The notes under the pieces are model-generated. The model searched no databases. It was not told the DNA's origin and saw nothing but the letters and a program-made list of their open reading frames with translations. Source: Xylanibacter ruminicola 23 (lineage in GTDB: Bacteria; Bacteroidota; Bacteroidia; Bacteroidales; Bacteroidaceae). From it: a stretch of 32,000 nucleotides of DNA. The stretch lies in the NCBI RefSeq assembly GCF_000025925.1, contig NC_014033.1:2100001-2132000 (forward strand). The letters are read 5' to 3'. Shown here one piece after another: positions 7,073-15,908 of the stretch. A program made the translations under genes and the position numbers. Within the stretch, counting starts at the first letter, position 1. The number at the start of each line of letters is the position of its first letter.

Positions 7073-10000
7073 TCTAACTTCTCCCACAATATCTCTTTCC
7101 CCGTCCATTTCAAACTTTCCACGTTCCTTAAACCTTATATAGCAGGCATTAAACTTCTCCTTAGGCATCTTCTTTTTCAGCAACTCAAAGAAGTTCAAAT
7201 CATGTGTAGTCATCACAATCTGTCTATCAAGCGAGAATGCTACATTCCTCAGCAGGTCTATCATCGACAATATATTAATGTCATCCAACGCCTGTATCGG
7301 GTCATCTATAAAAACGCACCCTACATCCTGTCCGTCATCTGTCTTCGCAAATAGAGCCTTTGCCATAAATATACAGAACGAAAGAATATTTACCTGGGCT
7401 GTACTAAAGTATAACGTCGGGACAATAGTATCGTTCCCTTCCGTCTTATTTCTCATATAGACGTTCAGTCGTGGCTTCGTCAAACTAAAATCACATTCAA
7501 ACCGTATCTCTTTATATTCTGGATGTGGGTCTATCGTATTATATAATCGCTGAATTTGATCAACTTGGAAAAAATTGGCCACATAGTCTTTGAGATATTG
7601 CTGGAGTCTCTCAATTTCATCTGATACAGCCTCATGATTACTCTCACTCTGAGATATTCTTTCCTTCATCTCCTTGATATCTTTCTTCACCTGTTGCTGC
7701 TGGTTATATTTCCTCGCAATTCCTAACATCGTCAAATATTCGCCCAGCATTGTCAGTTTCTTCTCAATCAAAGCCGATTCCTGTCGAAGCTTTGTCTTGT
7801 TTTCTTCAAACAACTGCACAATATCCCCAGCCGCTGTATCACTCGTAATTTCAGCGACTTTACACTCTTTTTTTAAGAACCGTAGAGTCTTGAAATATCT
7901 TTCTGCCAGAATCTCTCTTTCTTTATTCTTTTTATCATACTCTTCTTCTAACGCCACTTCTTTACTCAAATCAGCATGTTGTTCCTCCTTCAACGTCTTG
8001 CATTCGGCATTTGCCTCATTGATTTGTTTGTCATATTGGGCTATCGTTTCCTTCAAGTCGTGTATACGCGAACTCCAAAAATGCAGCGTCAAATCATCTG
8101 CGGTATCGTTTCCCAAAATCCGCTGATACTCCAGATAATCTTCTTTATTCTGCGTCTCGCTTATTACTTTCTGAGCCTCTATGCGCTTCCCTTCTTTCGC
8201 TTTCTTTTTTCTCTCAAGCAATTCAAGCGCCTTATCATTTTCTTCAATAGACTTATCCCTCTCATGGATTTCTTTTGCCAACATCTCCTTACTTTCAGCA
8301 TACTGTTTCTCAACCTGCTCCTTTGTCAGGTCTTTGAATCTTGAGTACTCCCCATCCACCTGTTCTTGGTTCATTCTGATGACTTTGTCTGCTTCTCGTA
8401 AGGCAGCGTTCACCTTTTCTTGCTCCCCATTCAAACGATTCAATTCCTGAACAGCATTTGCCACAGCTTCATCGATGACCTTATCAAATTGTTGATACCA
8501 TACCTCTCTTTCTTGATGGTCACGTTTATTTGCCTCTTTCAATTCTTCCCTTTTGGCAATAGCTTGTGCAACAGCTTTAGGCACCGCTTTGTTGTCTTCA
8601 ATACTCCTCAACAGATGTTCCACATTGGCGTAGTCATGGCCGCACAGTGGGCATACGCCTGTCTTCAACTCACTCACCATTTCTCTCGAACGATTCACGA
8701 GTTGGCTTACCTGGTTCTGAAATGCAGTCTGCTGATCAATACTTTTGGTCAATTCCGCAATTTCCATGTCACGACCGGAAATTCTCTGGCTCAGAACCAC
8801 TACGCGTTTCGATTCCTCTTCAAATCCTTCAATCTCAGCATCCACTTTCCTGCCATACACTTTCTGTTGTATGCCGCGTAGGCGGTTCATCTCTTTATTC
8901 TTTGTATCAATGCTTACCTTTTTCTCTGCAATTATTCCCGACAGTTCTGTTTTTTCCTTCTGTTTCAGGCTAATCTCTTTCAGGCAGCTTTGATATTTTG
9001 CATAGTCTGTATCTAAACATTTTTTCTTATTCTCAACGATATCTAACTGTGCCTTCTGTTTCTTTCGAGTTTCTTCTATACTGCTGCGTTCTTTTTCCAG
9101 CTTAGAGATTTGCTCTGCTAATGTAATCAGTTCATTGTCGCATGCGGTTATTTCTTTTTTCTTGGTATCAATCACTGTCCACAACTCCCTATACTGAGGG
9201 TACTTTTCCACCAGTTTCTGTAGTCGCGTCAGTCCGTTTACATGGTCCTTCCGTTCATTTCCGAGTTTTTCAACAAGGGCCAACAATTCTTTCAGTCTGA
9301 CAATTTGATTCAATTGTGTCCGCAGAATGGATATTTGTTTATCAATCTCTCCAATGGCTTTCAAATGCTCCGAAATATGATCCACAGCTATCAGACCATC
9401 ATACTCTCTTTCAATCTTTTCGCAATTTTCTAGAGCGTCATCTACCTGTCTCTTCGTTGCGTTCTCCTTTCCGGTTTTCTGATCGACTTCCATCGCAAGT
9501 TTTGCCAGGTTGTCGGCATCTATCTTCTGCTTCCAGCCTAATTTAACGCCCAAACTATTAAGGTCTGCCGCCATCTTGTCAAGGCGCTCAACTATGTGTT
9601 CATCTATATCGTTCTGCAGTTGCTTTTTCAGGTTATTGAGTTCTCTCGTCAGCGCACCTTTCTCTAGGGCCAGAGATTTTAACTTGGTTTTCAATTGCGA
9701 ATGATAGTCCAACAGGTCTTGCGACTCATGAAAATTTTCCATAAACAACTTAAACCTCGTCTCTGCATTATTTACAGAGAGGAATTCTGAAAACCAGTCC
9801 TGCGACAGGATAGCCTCCGAGAAAAACTTATTATGTCCTTCGCCTGTTAGCAGACTCTTCTCCTCATCCTTTGAGATGATTCTGTCCACCACACCGTTCT
9901 TGTATCCTTCTATGTCTAGTCTTATATGAATATCCTCTTCAGGCAGTTTCTTGTTGTGTATAAAACTGCTGAATTCCGATAGGCGGTTCTCGTTCTTCAT

Positions 10001-10213
10001 ATTCTCACTGAAGTTACTCAACTTCAGGCGGCGAATATTACTAGTCATTCCGAACTCGATGGCGTCAAATAGTGAGGTCTTTCCAAATCCATTGGGCGCA
10101 TAGACCGACACGAAGTTGGCACAACCCTTGTCTGCAAAACGTTGGTTTACAAACGAGAGTTCCACATCATCAAACAGGCGGAAAGCCTTGATTTTTATTC
10201 CCTTTAGTTTCAT
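7067..10213 (-). CDS. SMC/Rad50/SbcC-like coiled-coil ABC ATPase with a central zinc hook (LmuB-like / ABC-3C ATPase). The 3' end is fused to the IS21 terminus.
   Basis: Walker A APNGFGKT (K45). About 700 aa of K/E/Q-rich heptad sequence. Central CPLCG (nt ~8655..8636). C-terminal signature-like FSTAQ, Walker B CVFIDDP, D-loop ALDD and H-loop MTTHD. The last Cys codon (7072..7070) and the TGA (7069..7067) lie inside the IS21 terminal repeat. Confidence 0.8.
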   Translation of the reverse strand: MKLKGIKIKAFRLFDDVELSFVNQRFADKGCANFVSVYAPNGFGKTSLFDAIEFGMTSNIRRLKLSNFSENMKNENRLSEFSSFIHNKKLPEEDIHIRLDIEGYKNGVVDRIISKDEEKSLLTGEGHNKFFSEAILSQDWFSEFLSVNNAETRFKLFMENFHESQDLLDYHSQLKTKLKSLALEKGALTRELNNLKKQLQNDIDEHIVERLDKMAADLNSLGVKLGWKQKIDADNLAKLAMEVDQKTGKENATKRQVDDALENCEKIEREYDGLIAVDHISEHLKAIGEIDKQISILRTQLNQIVRLKELLALVEKLGNERKDHVNGLTRLQKLVEKYPQYRELWTVIDTKKKEITACDNELITLAEQISKLEKERSSIEETRKKQKAQLDIVENKKKCLDTDYAKYQSCLKEISLKQKEKTELSGIIAEKKVSIDTKNKEMNRLRGIQQKVYGRKVDAEIEGFEEESKRVVVLSQRISGRDMEIAELTKSIDQQTAFQNQVSQLVNRSREMVSELKTGVCPLCGHDYANVEHLLRSIEDNKAVPKAVAQAIAKREELKEANKRDHQEREVWYQQFDKVIDEAVANAVQELNRLNGEQEKVNAALREADKVIRMNQEQVDGEYSRFKDLTKEQVEKQYAESKEMLAKEIHERDKSIEENDKALELLERKKKAKEGKRIEAQKVISETQNKEDYLEYQRILGNDTADDLTLHFWSSRIHDLKETIAQYDKQINEANAECKTLKEEQHADLSKEVALEEEYDKKNKEREILAERYFKTLRFLKKECKVAEITSDTAAGDIVQLFEENKTKLRQESALIEKKLTMLGEYLTMLGIARKYNQQQQVKKDIKEMKERISQSESNHEAVSDEIERLQQYLKDYVANFFQVDQIQRLYNTIDPHPEYKEIRFECDFSLTKPRLNVYMRNKTEGNDTIVPTLYFSTAQVNILSFCIFMAKALFAKTDDGQDVGCVFIDDPIQALDDINILSMIDLLRNVAFSLDRQIVMTTHDLNFFELLKKKMPKEKFNACYIRFKERGKFEMDGERDIVGEVRC

Positions 10214-10214
10214 G

Positions 10215-10634
10215 TCAGCCTTTATTTATCAGTTTCACTATCTTTGAACTCTTCTTGAAATCTTCCAACTCCATATAAACACTATCATCAAATGAATATT
10301 TGATATAGCGGCCTATCACCTCTTCAAAATCACCCATGCGATAATCCTTGGTTGATATGACTATCTTTCGCGACGAGACGGTGTCGTGTTCTATCTTATA
10401 TTTTAAGGATATATCGTTCGCTGCATCCTCTTCAGCAAGATAGAATAGATAGTGGTTCCAGCGTTCAAACTCGTCTTCTATCATTCGCTGGCGTTCGGCT
10501 ATGTCATTCCTGATGTCTTGCCATTTATCCCGCAAATCATCATGATTCAATGGCTTCGTGATAAACACATCTACCTTCGACTGGATGTCAAACACATCCT
10601 GATCAAACATTTCGTAAAACTCTGTTATATTCAT
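10215..10634 (-). CDS. Small acidic helical protein, 139 aa (middle-component / LmuC-like by position)
   Basis: Its ATG overlaps the upstream TGA as ATGA (10631-10634). Its stop is 1 nt from the ATPase ATG. D/E-rich with no recognisable motif. The assignment is positional only. Confidence 0.6.
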   Translation of the reverse strand: MNITEFYEMFDQDVFDIQSKVDVFITKPLNHDDLRDKWQDIRNDIAERQRMIEDEFERWNHYLFYLAEEDAANDISLKYKIEHDTVSSRKIVISTKDYRMGDFEEVIGRYIKYSFDDSVYMELEDFKKSSKIVKLINKG

Positions 10635-11896
10635 ATCTTGCTCGTTATCAAATTTCTGTAGTATTCCATCTTATCACCGTCATAATCCCTGATTTCGTCT
10701 GTAAACGCTACCATCGCATCCTTAAAAAAGTGAGCATTCACATATACAAAACCTCCCATGTTCTCTCTGCCGTTCCTCGCTATGTTAAACTCTTGTTTGG
10801 GCTCTAATCCTATGGCTATATCCAATATATCCTTACCCCTTACGTCCTGCTTGTATCCCTTGGACTGTATGCCTCCTACCACAAACACTACGTTCACGTC
10901 ACTCACGGTTCCAAGTACACTCGGGTCTAGTGCACTAGGCGCTGAGTAGATATCAAAGTCTTTTTCAGACTGCACATACTGAAATCGGGGAAACACTTCA
11001 TCCAGATTGTTGGCAGCATCCAATCCCCATACGGCTTTCAGTGCTACAATGAACTCTCCAAATTTTACCCAATCATCTTTCTGTAGTTCTGAACCCAACA
11101 GATAATTATTAGTTTTGCGGCTTTTCTGAAAAGCATCGTAGCATTGCAGTGGTGATAAGTCCAACATTCCTGCTCTATAATGAGACATCATCATGAGTAG
11201 AGTTTTCAGTTTCTCTTTGGCTCCAAGATTGTTGTCGAAATTGAACATCTCATTCATGAATACCTCAAAATTACACTGGTATATTGTTGGTAATCCATTC
11301 TCTGCTATCACTCGTTCAAAGCAACTCCATGGTATCATCACGTTCTTGCCCAGTTGCTCTTTTTCTTCGCTTGCTGCAAGTTTCATGTGTACGCCCAACA
11401 AGTGATGGTTGTCGTCAAATATTCCACCACCCGACATACCATTCAACTCTTCTTGCTTGATATGATTCGGATACTTATATTCCTCAAAGTTATGGTCATA
11501 CGTTCCTAACCATGTATTAAAGTCATGCAGTTTACAACTATTGGCCTTACCATAGCTGTTCTGGTTGTTTGGATAGCCAGTATGCCAGTGGACAGCACCG
11601 TTTTGGCGGATGTTACTTGGCACAAACTGCACTATCTCACTATCATCCTTTTCTACAATGAGAATAGCAGCATCAAGTTCTTCATTATAAATGATTCGTT
11701 TAGCCTTGACGGTCTTATTTGTGAATGGGGATGTGGATAGGAAGTCGAAGATTATTTCGTCAACAGTCTTTCCTTTCACCACATGATATGCAGTCAATAT
11801 ATAGAAACAGTCATCAGCCAATGGCTTTATGATTACGCCACTGCCATTGGCTACTCTGACCGTTACTGATTTCATCTCGTCCTGATAATTCATCAT
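10631..11896 (-). CDS. Trypsin/chymotrypsin-fold serine protease with a ~230-aa C-terminal domain of unknown function (LmuA-like protease-type effector)
   Basis: Catalytic triad in the canonical order and spacing: H38 (LTAYHVV), D75 (ELDAAIL), S155 (NGMSGGGIF). The ATG directly abuts the stop of the upstream MBL gene. Confidence 0.75.
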   Translation of the reverse strand: MMNYQDEMKSVTVRVANGSGVIIKPLADDCFYILTAYHVVKGKTVDEIIFDFLSTSPFTNKTVKAKRIIYNEELDAAILIVEKDDSEIVQFVPSNIRQNGAVHWHTGYPNNQNSYGKANSCKLHDFNTWLGTYDHNFEEYKYPNHIKQEELNGMSGGGIFDDNHHLLGVHMKLAASEEKEQLGKNVMIPWSCFERVIAENGLPTIYQCNFEVFMNEMFNFDNNLGAKEKLKTLLMMMSHYRAGMLDLSPLQCYDAFQKSRKTNNYLLGSELQKDDWVKFGEFIVALKAVWGLDAANNLDEVFPRFQYVQSEKDFDIYSAPSALDPSVLGTVSDVNVVFVVGGIQSKGYKQDVRGKDILDIAIGLEPKQEFNIARNGRENMGGFVYVNAHFFKDAMVAFTDEIRDYDGDKMEYYRNLITSKI

Positions 11897-12892
11897 TCAA
11901 AAGTACCTTAGTCGCTCCGCTAAGTCCGGATAATCCTGTTTATCTTGTTCAGTAAATATCTTCTCTGCCCTTTCAGGATAGTTAAACCACAGTTTGGCAT
12001 CGGTCTTACCCACTATATACGATATCACTTCTTTATCAGGGTGGCCGAACTTCAAGCCATTAGTTGAGACAATATAATTCTCTGCCACTATCTTCTCTAA
12101 TAGTTCTGGGGAAAAGTTGTTTTTGCTGCCATGATGCGACAGTTTTAACCATTTACATTTCAGAGGTAGCTCTATTCCTGCTGTATGTTCCAGTGTGTCC
12201 ATCACTACATCTATGTTGGCATCTCCCAGCAGTAAGCAGTTCTCGCCGTCCTTTGTTTGAAGCAGGAAAGCCATCGAAGCATCATTCTCTGGTGTGCAGG
12301 TGCCTCGTTCGTATGGCTCTTTCAATAGCTTTTTGATGTCCTCATCATAACGGTCATTTGTAGTGTTATTCAGTTCGTCACCAATGTCCTCCGCTATTTT
12401 GTTATGGGCTTCCGCCGTTGGTGCCAGAGCTATAAGTCTTCCCCATTCAAACTGAAATACTCTTCCTTTGACAATCTTATTTTCAAACGGCACATTGTTT
12501 TCTTCCAGTATTTCCTTTAGCGAAGCCACCTGTGCGGAAGTATTCTCCAATCCCTTTCCGATGTTTACTTCTACATCGTCGTTCATCCAAATCTGCTTCA
12601 CGAACTCCGATGATGGAATTTCTTCATGGTACCACGCCAATACGCCTCCCACATGGTCATCATCTACATGTGTAATGATTAGCAGGTCTATAGCCTTACC
12701 TGCTTTTTTCAGTTTTTCCAACTTTTGTTTCAGATTACCATCCTCTGTTCTTCCATATCTACCACGATGGATATAGGTCCTAGGAGTACCACCATCTATC
12801 ATGATGATATATTCTTTTCCATCATAACAGATTGTTACGAAGATACAGTCTCCGTAATATGCCTTTATCACTTCTATATCAACTGTTATCAT
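11897..12892 (-). CDS. Metallo-beta-lactamase-fold hydrolase, 331 aa (ComEC/Rec2-type MBL variant, putative nuclease)
   Basis: ITH75-V-D-D-D-H80-VGG (a variant of HxHxDH), LLLGDA and LSHHGSKNN motifs in the MBL order. It is the first gene of the coupled operon. Confidence 0.7.
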   Translation of the reverse strand: MITVDIEVIKAYYGDCIFVTICYDGKEYIIMIDGGTPRTYIHRGRYGRTEDGNLKQKLEKLKKAGKAIDLLIITHVDDDHVGGVLAWYHEEIPSSEFVKQIWMNDDVEVNIGKGLENTSAQVASLKEILEENNVPFENKIVKGRVFQFEWGRLIALAPTAEAHNKIAEDIGDELNNTTNDRYDEDIKKLLKEPYERGTCTPENDASMAFLLQTKDGENCLLLGDANIDVVMDTLEHTAGIELPLKCKWLKLSHHGSKNNFSPELLEKIVAENYIVSTNGLKFGHPDKEVISYIVGKTDAKLWFNYPERAEKIFTEQDKQDYPDLAERLRYF

Positions 12893-12969
12893 ACTATTTC
12901 CCTGCAGGCTCTTCTTGTCTTGTTTGCCGCTATGTCATAGCGTCCCATTTCATTTCTCTGCCGTTCACG

Positions 12970-12975
12970 GCTAAT
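12970..12975. repeat. Target-site duplication GCTAAT (left copy) of the intact IS21 element
   Basis: GCTAAT lies immediately outside the TGCTGATATC... terminus and is identical to 15648-15653. Confidence 0.75.
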
Positions 12976-13070
12976 TGCTGATATCGCTGTATCGGTACCA
13001 AGTGTAACACTGTAATCGGTACCATGCTAGCGCTGCAATCGGTACCGTCCGTATCGCTGCAAACGGTACC
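12976..13070. repeat. IS21 subterminal repeats, istB-proximal end (4 units of 23-24 bp, each ending in GGTACC)
   Basis: Units span 12976-12999, 13000-13023, 13024-13046 and 13047-13070. The truncated copy (7001-7072) has only 3 units. Confidence 0.8.
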
Positions 13071-13107
13071 ATGATCATCGGCTCTGCCTAACTGGGTGCA
13101 AAGATAA

Positions 13108-13839
13108 TTATTTTTTCTTTTTCTGACGCATAGAATCACCTTTTAATTCAATTTTATTCGCATTTGACACCAATCTGTCCATGATGGCATCGGCCAGAGT
13201 GGGATCTCCTATGTAGTCATACCATTTATTAATAGGCAGCTGAGAGACGATGATAACGGACTTCCTCTCATACCTTTCTTCTAGTATCTGCAGCATGGCC
13301 AGACGTGTGTTGGTGTCCATTGGTTGCAGTCCAAAGTCATCGAGTATAAGCAGGTCGTTCCGCTCAAGTGAAGTGATCATTTTCAGGAAGGTACCATCGA
13401 GCTTGCTGAGTGCCACCTTCTCTACGAAGCTGTTCATATTGAGGTAAGCCGTCCTGTATCCTAACATACAAGCCTGGCGCCCTAAGGCGCAGGCAATAAA
13501 AGATTTTCCACATCCGCACTTGCCCTGTATGAGCAAGTTCTCATGGCGACGTATAAAGGAGCAGTCTGCAAATGCTGCAAGATCGTCCTTCGTAAAGTTA
13601 CGGTCCGTGCCGCAGATAACGTCCTCTATCAGTGCGGTATATCTTAATCGACTAGTCTTGAGATACATCTCTGTCTTGCGGTTCCTTCTGTCCTGAGCTT
13701 CTGCCTCTGCCAGCCTGGCTATAGTTGCTTCCATTGCTGGGCGGTTCTGTACTGGCAGACTGAGGATTGACTCAAAAGCATCTGCCATGCCCTTGAGTTT
13801 GAGTTCTCTGAGTTGTATAACGGTTTCTTGTGAGTTCAT
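13108..13839 (-). CDS. istB: IS21-family helper ATPase IstB
   Basis: 243 aa. Walker A GKCGCGKSF and Walker B LLILDDFG. Typical size and position downstream of istA. Confidence 0.9.
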   Translation of the reverse strand: MNSQETVIQLRELKLKGMADAFESILSLPVQNRPAMEATIARLAEAEAQDRRNRKTEMYLKTSRLRYTALIEDVICGTDRNFTKDDLAAFADCSFIRRHENLLIQGKCGCGKSFIACALGRQACMLGYRTAYLNMNSFVEKVALSKLDGTFLKMITSLERNDLLILDDFGLQPMDTNTRLAMLQILEERYERKSVIIVSQLPINKWYDYIGDPTLADAIMDRLVSNANKIELKGDSMRQKKKK

Positions 13840-13855
13840 AATTATAATTTTGATG

Positions 13856-15409
13856 TTAGATATTAAATGCTTCTGCTCCCCTTACGTAGTCGTTCTGGGG
13901 CATCTGTGATACAGGTTCCTGATCGCCTGCCATGTCGAGGTTCTTCTCCAGGATATTCTTTATCATCGTATAGTTGACAGACCTATATCCAGCAAGCCTT
14001 TTGCAAGCATTCTCAAGTCTTATACTGCCATATCTGCGATTCAGACTGAGTACGCCATGACATGAGCCATAATTCTGCTCTACATGTCTGCTACGCTTAA
14101 GAATCGCCTCCATAGCCTGTCTTGTATAAGGCCCGATTTCTTCCGACTTTTCCAGGAAGTAGGCTGCATTGCACGCCTTTGTACGCATGTATTCCAGATG
14201 CTCGGGAGGCATATCTTCATCATGGGTAAAGGGATCCTTGATGCCATAACGGTCGTGCGTACTGATACGTGTATTGCCAGCGTAGACCTCCACAGTGTCG
14301 ATATCCCATACGACGGTAAGATGTTGTCCTACATACTGATATGGCACGCTATATTTACGGCCTGCCACTTGTACATGATAGTTACCTGACAGCTTGACCT
14401 CTTTGCGATAACGGAAGCGGAAAGGAGTATCAGGCAGTTCTCCAAGAGATGGTTTCTCTTCTGCCTCAAAAATGTCAAAACGACTTCTGCCTGTAACTTT
14501 CGATGGTTTTGAGTTAAAATCATCCAGCAGTTCTGAAATACGGCTGTTCATGCTGTTCAGGTCACTGATAACCTCATCATGAAGAGGCGCATAGATAGCG
14601 TTGTAGATTTTCCTGACTGCACCTTCTACAGAGCCTTTATCGCGAGGTTTCCTTACGCGACACGCTTCAAGCGTTGTGTCGTAGTATGCAGCCCATTCTA
14701 GCGCAGCGTCAGTGAAAACAGGTTCGTAACGGTCGTTCTTCTTTACCCATTGCTTCATGTTGTCACTCTTGGCTCTGCGCACTGTCCCTCCAAAATAGCT
14801 GAAGGCATCAGATAAACCTCCAAAGAAATACTCCATAGAGGCGTCAGGAAGTGCCTTTGCATAAGCCATTCCACTGAAAGGAAGCGTGCAGACTAACACC
14901 ACTACGCTGGTGATTTCGCCTGTCAGAGGGTCTGTTAGCCACAAGGCATCACCAGCAAAGTCAATCTGCATCTCTTCACCAGGCATATAGGTGTTATGAA
15001 AACTCAAGTTGTGGGCATACTGATAGTCACGGATAGCTTTCTTAAACTGAGTGTAACCATAGCCGTCGGGATGTTCACGCTTATAGTTCTCATGGAGATG
15101 CTGTATGGTCAGATAGCGGTTATGGGCCAGATCTGACACATAATCAGGAATCAGACCATCGAGGACAATTCTGGCATCAGATGGTGCTGATTCGGGTCTT
15201 GTTGACTTGAGGAACGACTCAAGGTCGACCTCGTTCATGCGGCCTCCATCTGCATACGACAGATGTCTTTCATCAGCCGCCTTCTTGTACTTGGCAAGTA
15301 CGCCACGTCCCATGTGCAGTTGTCCACAGATTTCGCGGTGTGGGATGCTTGCCGCCAGCATTTGAAATGCTCTTTTTAACTTGCTCATTGTTACATTTTG
15401 GTTTGCCAT
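13856..15409 (-). CDS. istA: IS21-family transposase IstA (HTH plus DDE domain)
   Basis: 517 aa. N-terminal HTH-like region (REICGQLHMGRGVLAKY). Integrase-core-like central region (QIDFAGD...). Located upstream of istB inside the inverted-repeat-bounded element. Confidence 0.88.
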   Translation of the reverse strand: MANQNVTMSKLKRAFQMLAASIPHREICGQLHMGRGVLAKYKKAADERHLSYADGGRMNEVDLESFLKSTRPESAPSDARIVLDGLIPDYVSDLAHNRYLTIQHLHENYKREHPDGYGYTQFKKAIRDYQYAHNLSFHNTYMPGEEMQIDFAGDALWLTDPLTGEITSVVVLVCTLPFSGMAYAKALPDASMEYFFGGLSDAFSYFGGTVRRAKSDNMKQWVKKNDRYEPVFTDAALEWAAYYDTTLEACRVRKPRDKGSVEGAVRKIYNAIYAPLHDEVISDLNSMNSRISELLDDFNSKPSKVTGRSRFDIFEAEEKPSLGELPDTPFRFRYRKEVKLSGNYHVQVAGRKYSVPYQYVGQHLTVVWDIDTVEVYAGNTRISTHDRYGIKDPFTHDEDMPPEHLEYMRTKACNAAYFLEKSEEIGPYTRQAMEAILKRSRHVEQNYGSCHGVLSLNRRYGSIRLENACKRLAGYRSVNYTMIKNILEKNLDMAGDQEPVSQMPQNDYVRGAEAFNI

Positions 15410-15485
15410 ATCTCGCTAAAGGTTTTGTATTTCCTTCGGCAAAGATAGTAATTAAACTTCAATGGCAGAACCGAAATGAACTTTT

Positions 15486-15647
15486 GGTACCGATTCGAGC
15501 GCTACAGCGGTACCGATTGGTGCGCTACGCTGGTACCGTTTGGAGTGCTATGATGGTACCGATTCAAGCGCTGCGGTGGTACCGATACAAGCGCTGCGGT
15601 GGTACCGATACAAGCGCTATGATGGTACCGTTTCGCCGATATTATCA
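15486..15647. repeat. IS21 subterminal repeat array, istA-proximal end (7 units with a 23-bp period, each starting with GGTACCG)
   Basis: GGTACC occurs at 15486, 15509, 15532, 15555, 15578, 15601 and 15624. These are presumed transposase binding sites typical of IS21-family ends. Confidence 0.8.
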
Positions 15648-15653
15648 GCTAAT
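15648..15653. repeat. Target-site duplication GCTAAT (right copy)
   Basis: Lies immediately outside the ...GATATTATCA terminus and is identical to 12970-12975. Confidence 0.75.
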
Positions 15654-15908
15654 CTCTCTGTACCGTATGCCCGATATCATCACGTCCTCCCCCATCTTCG
15701 CCCAAACACCAAAGAACACAAAGCTCAAAATCCCATTTTATAGTGAGTCATCGCCTCTATCGCATAAACGCGAGCCACCCCTTTGCATAGTAATTTTCCG
15801 CAAGGTGGATCTTAAGAGATTAAGATTCAACACTTTACGATACATTTTTAGTTTATTCACATTTATGTACTCAGGGTGATTTCAGATGTCGACATCCCTT
15901 TCCGTTGG

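Larger units (their letters stand above)
12976..15647 (-). mobile_element. Intact IS21-family insertion sequence (2672 bp, istA-istB)
   Basis: Imperfect terminal inverted repeats with TG...CA ends (TGCTGATATCGCTGTATCGGTACC versus TGATAATATCGGCGAAACGGTACC). Two-gene istA/istB organisation. Multiple GGTACC-containing subterminal repeats. A 6-bp direct duplication GCTAAT on both flanks. Visibly GC-richer than the surrounding sequence. Confidence 0.9.

Noticed and set aside
6932-7354. 140-aa ORF and its counterpart 12930..13139 (69 aa), both starting MILCVRKRKNNYLCTQLGR
   Set aside because: Both simply read across the IS21 terminal repeat region (overlapping the istB 3' end in another frame, plus the GGTACC repeats) into different flanking DNA. 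The similarity reflects the repeated IS end, not a gene.
7278-9704. A series of plus-strand ORFs (60-153 aa) overlapping the 1048-aa ATPase gene
   Set aside because: They are S/F/L/C-rich low-complexity translations, typical of the antisense of a K/E/Q-rich coiled-coil gene. They overlap each other in several frames and have no start context or motifs.
6751-15647. The IS21 fragment, operon and intact IS21 as a functional composite transposon
   Set aside because: The truncated copy lacks its outer end and any transposase. Both istB-proximal ends point inward rather than forming outer termini. The intact copy has its own GCTAAT duplication, indicating an independent simple insertion.
15340-15879. 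179-aa and 67-aa plus-strand ORFs with periodic GT..AMMVPI-like peptide repeats; also considered as a possible CRISPR-like array
   Set aside because: The periodicity is the 23-bp subterminal repeat array of the IS21 end. There are no unique spacers and the units are contiguous, so it is neither a CRISPR array nor a coding repeat.
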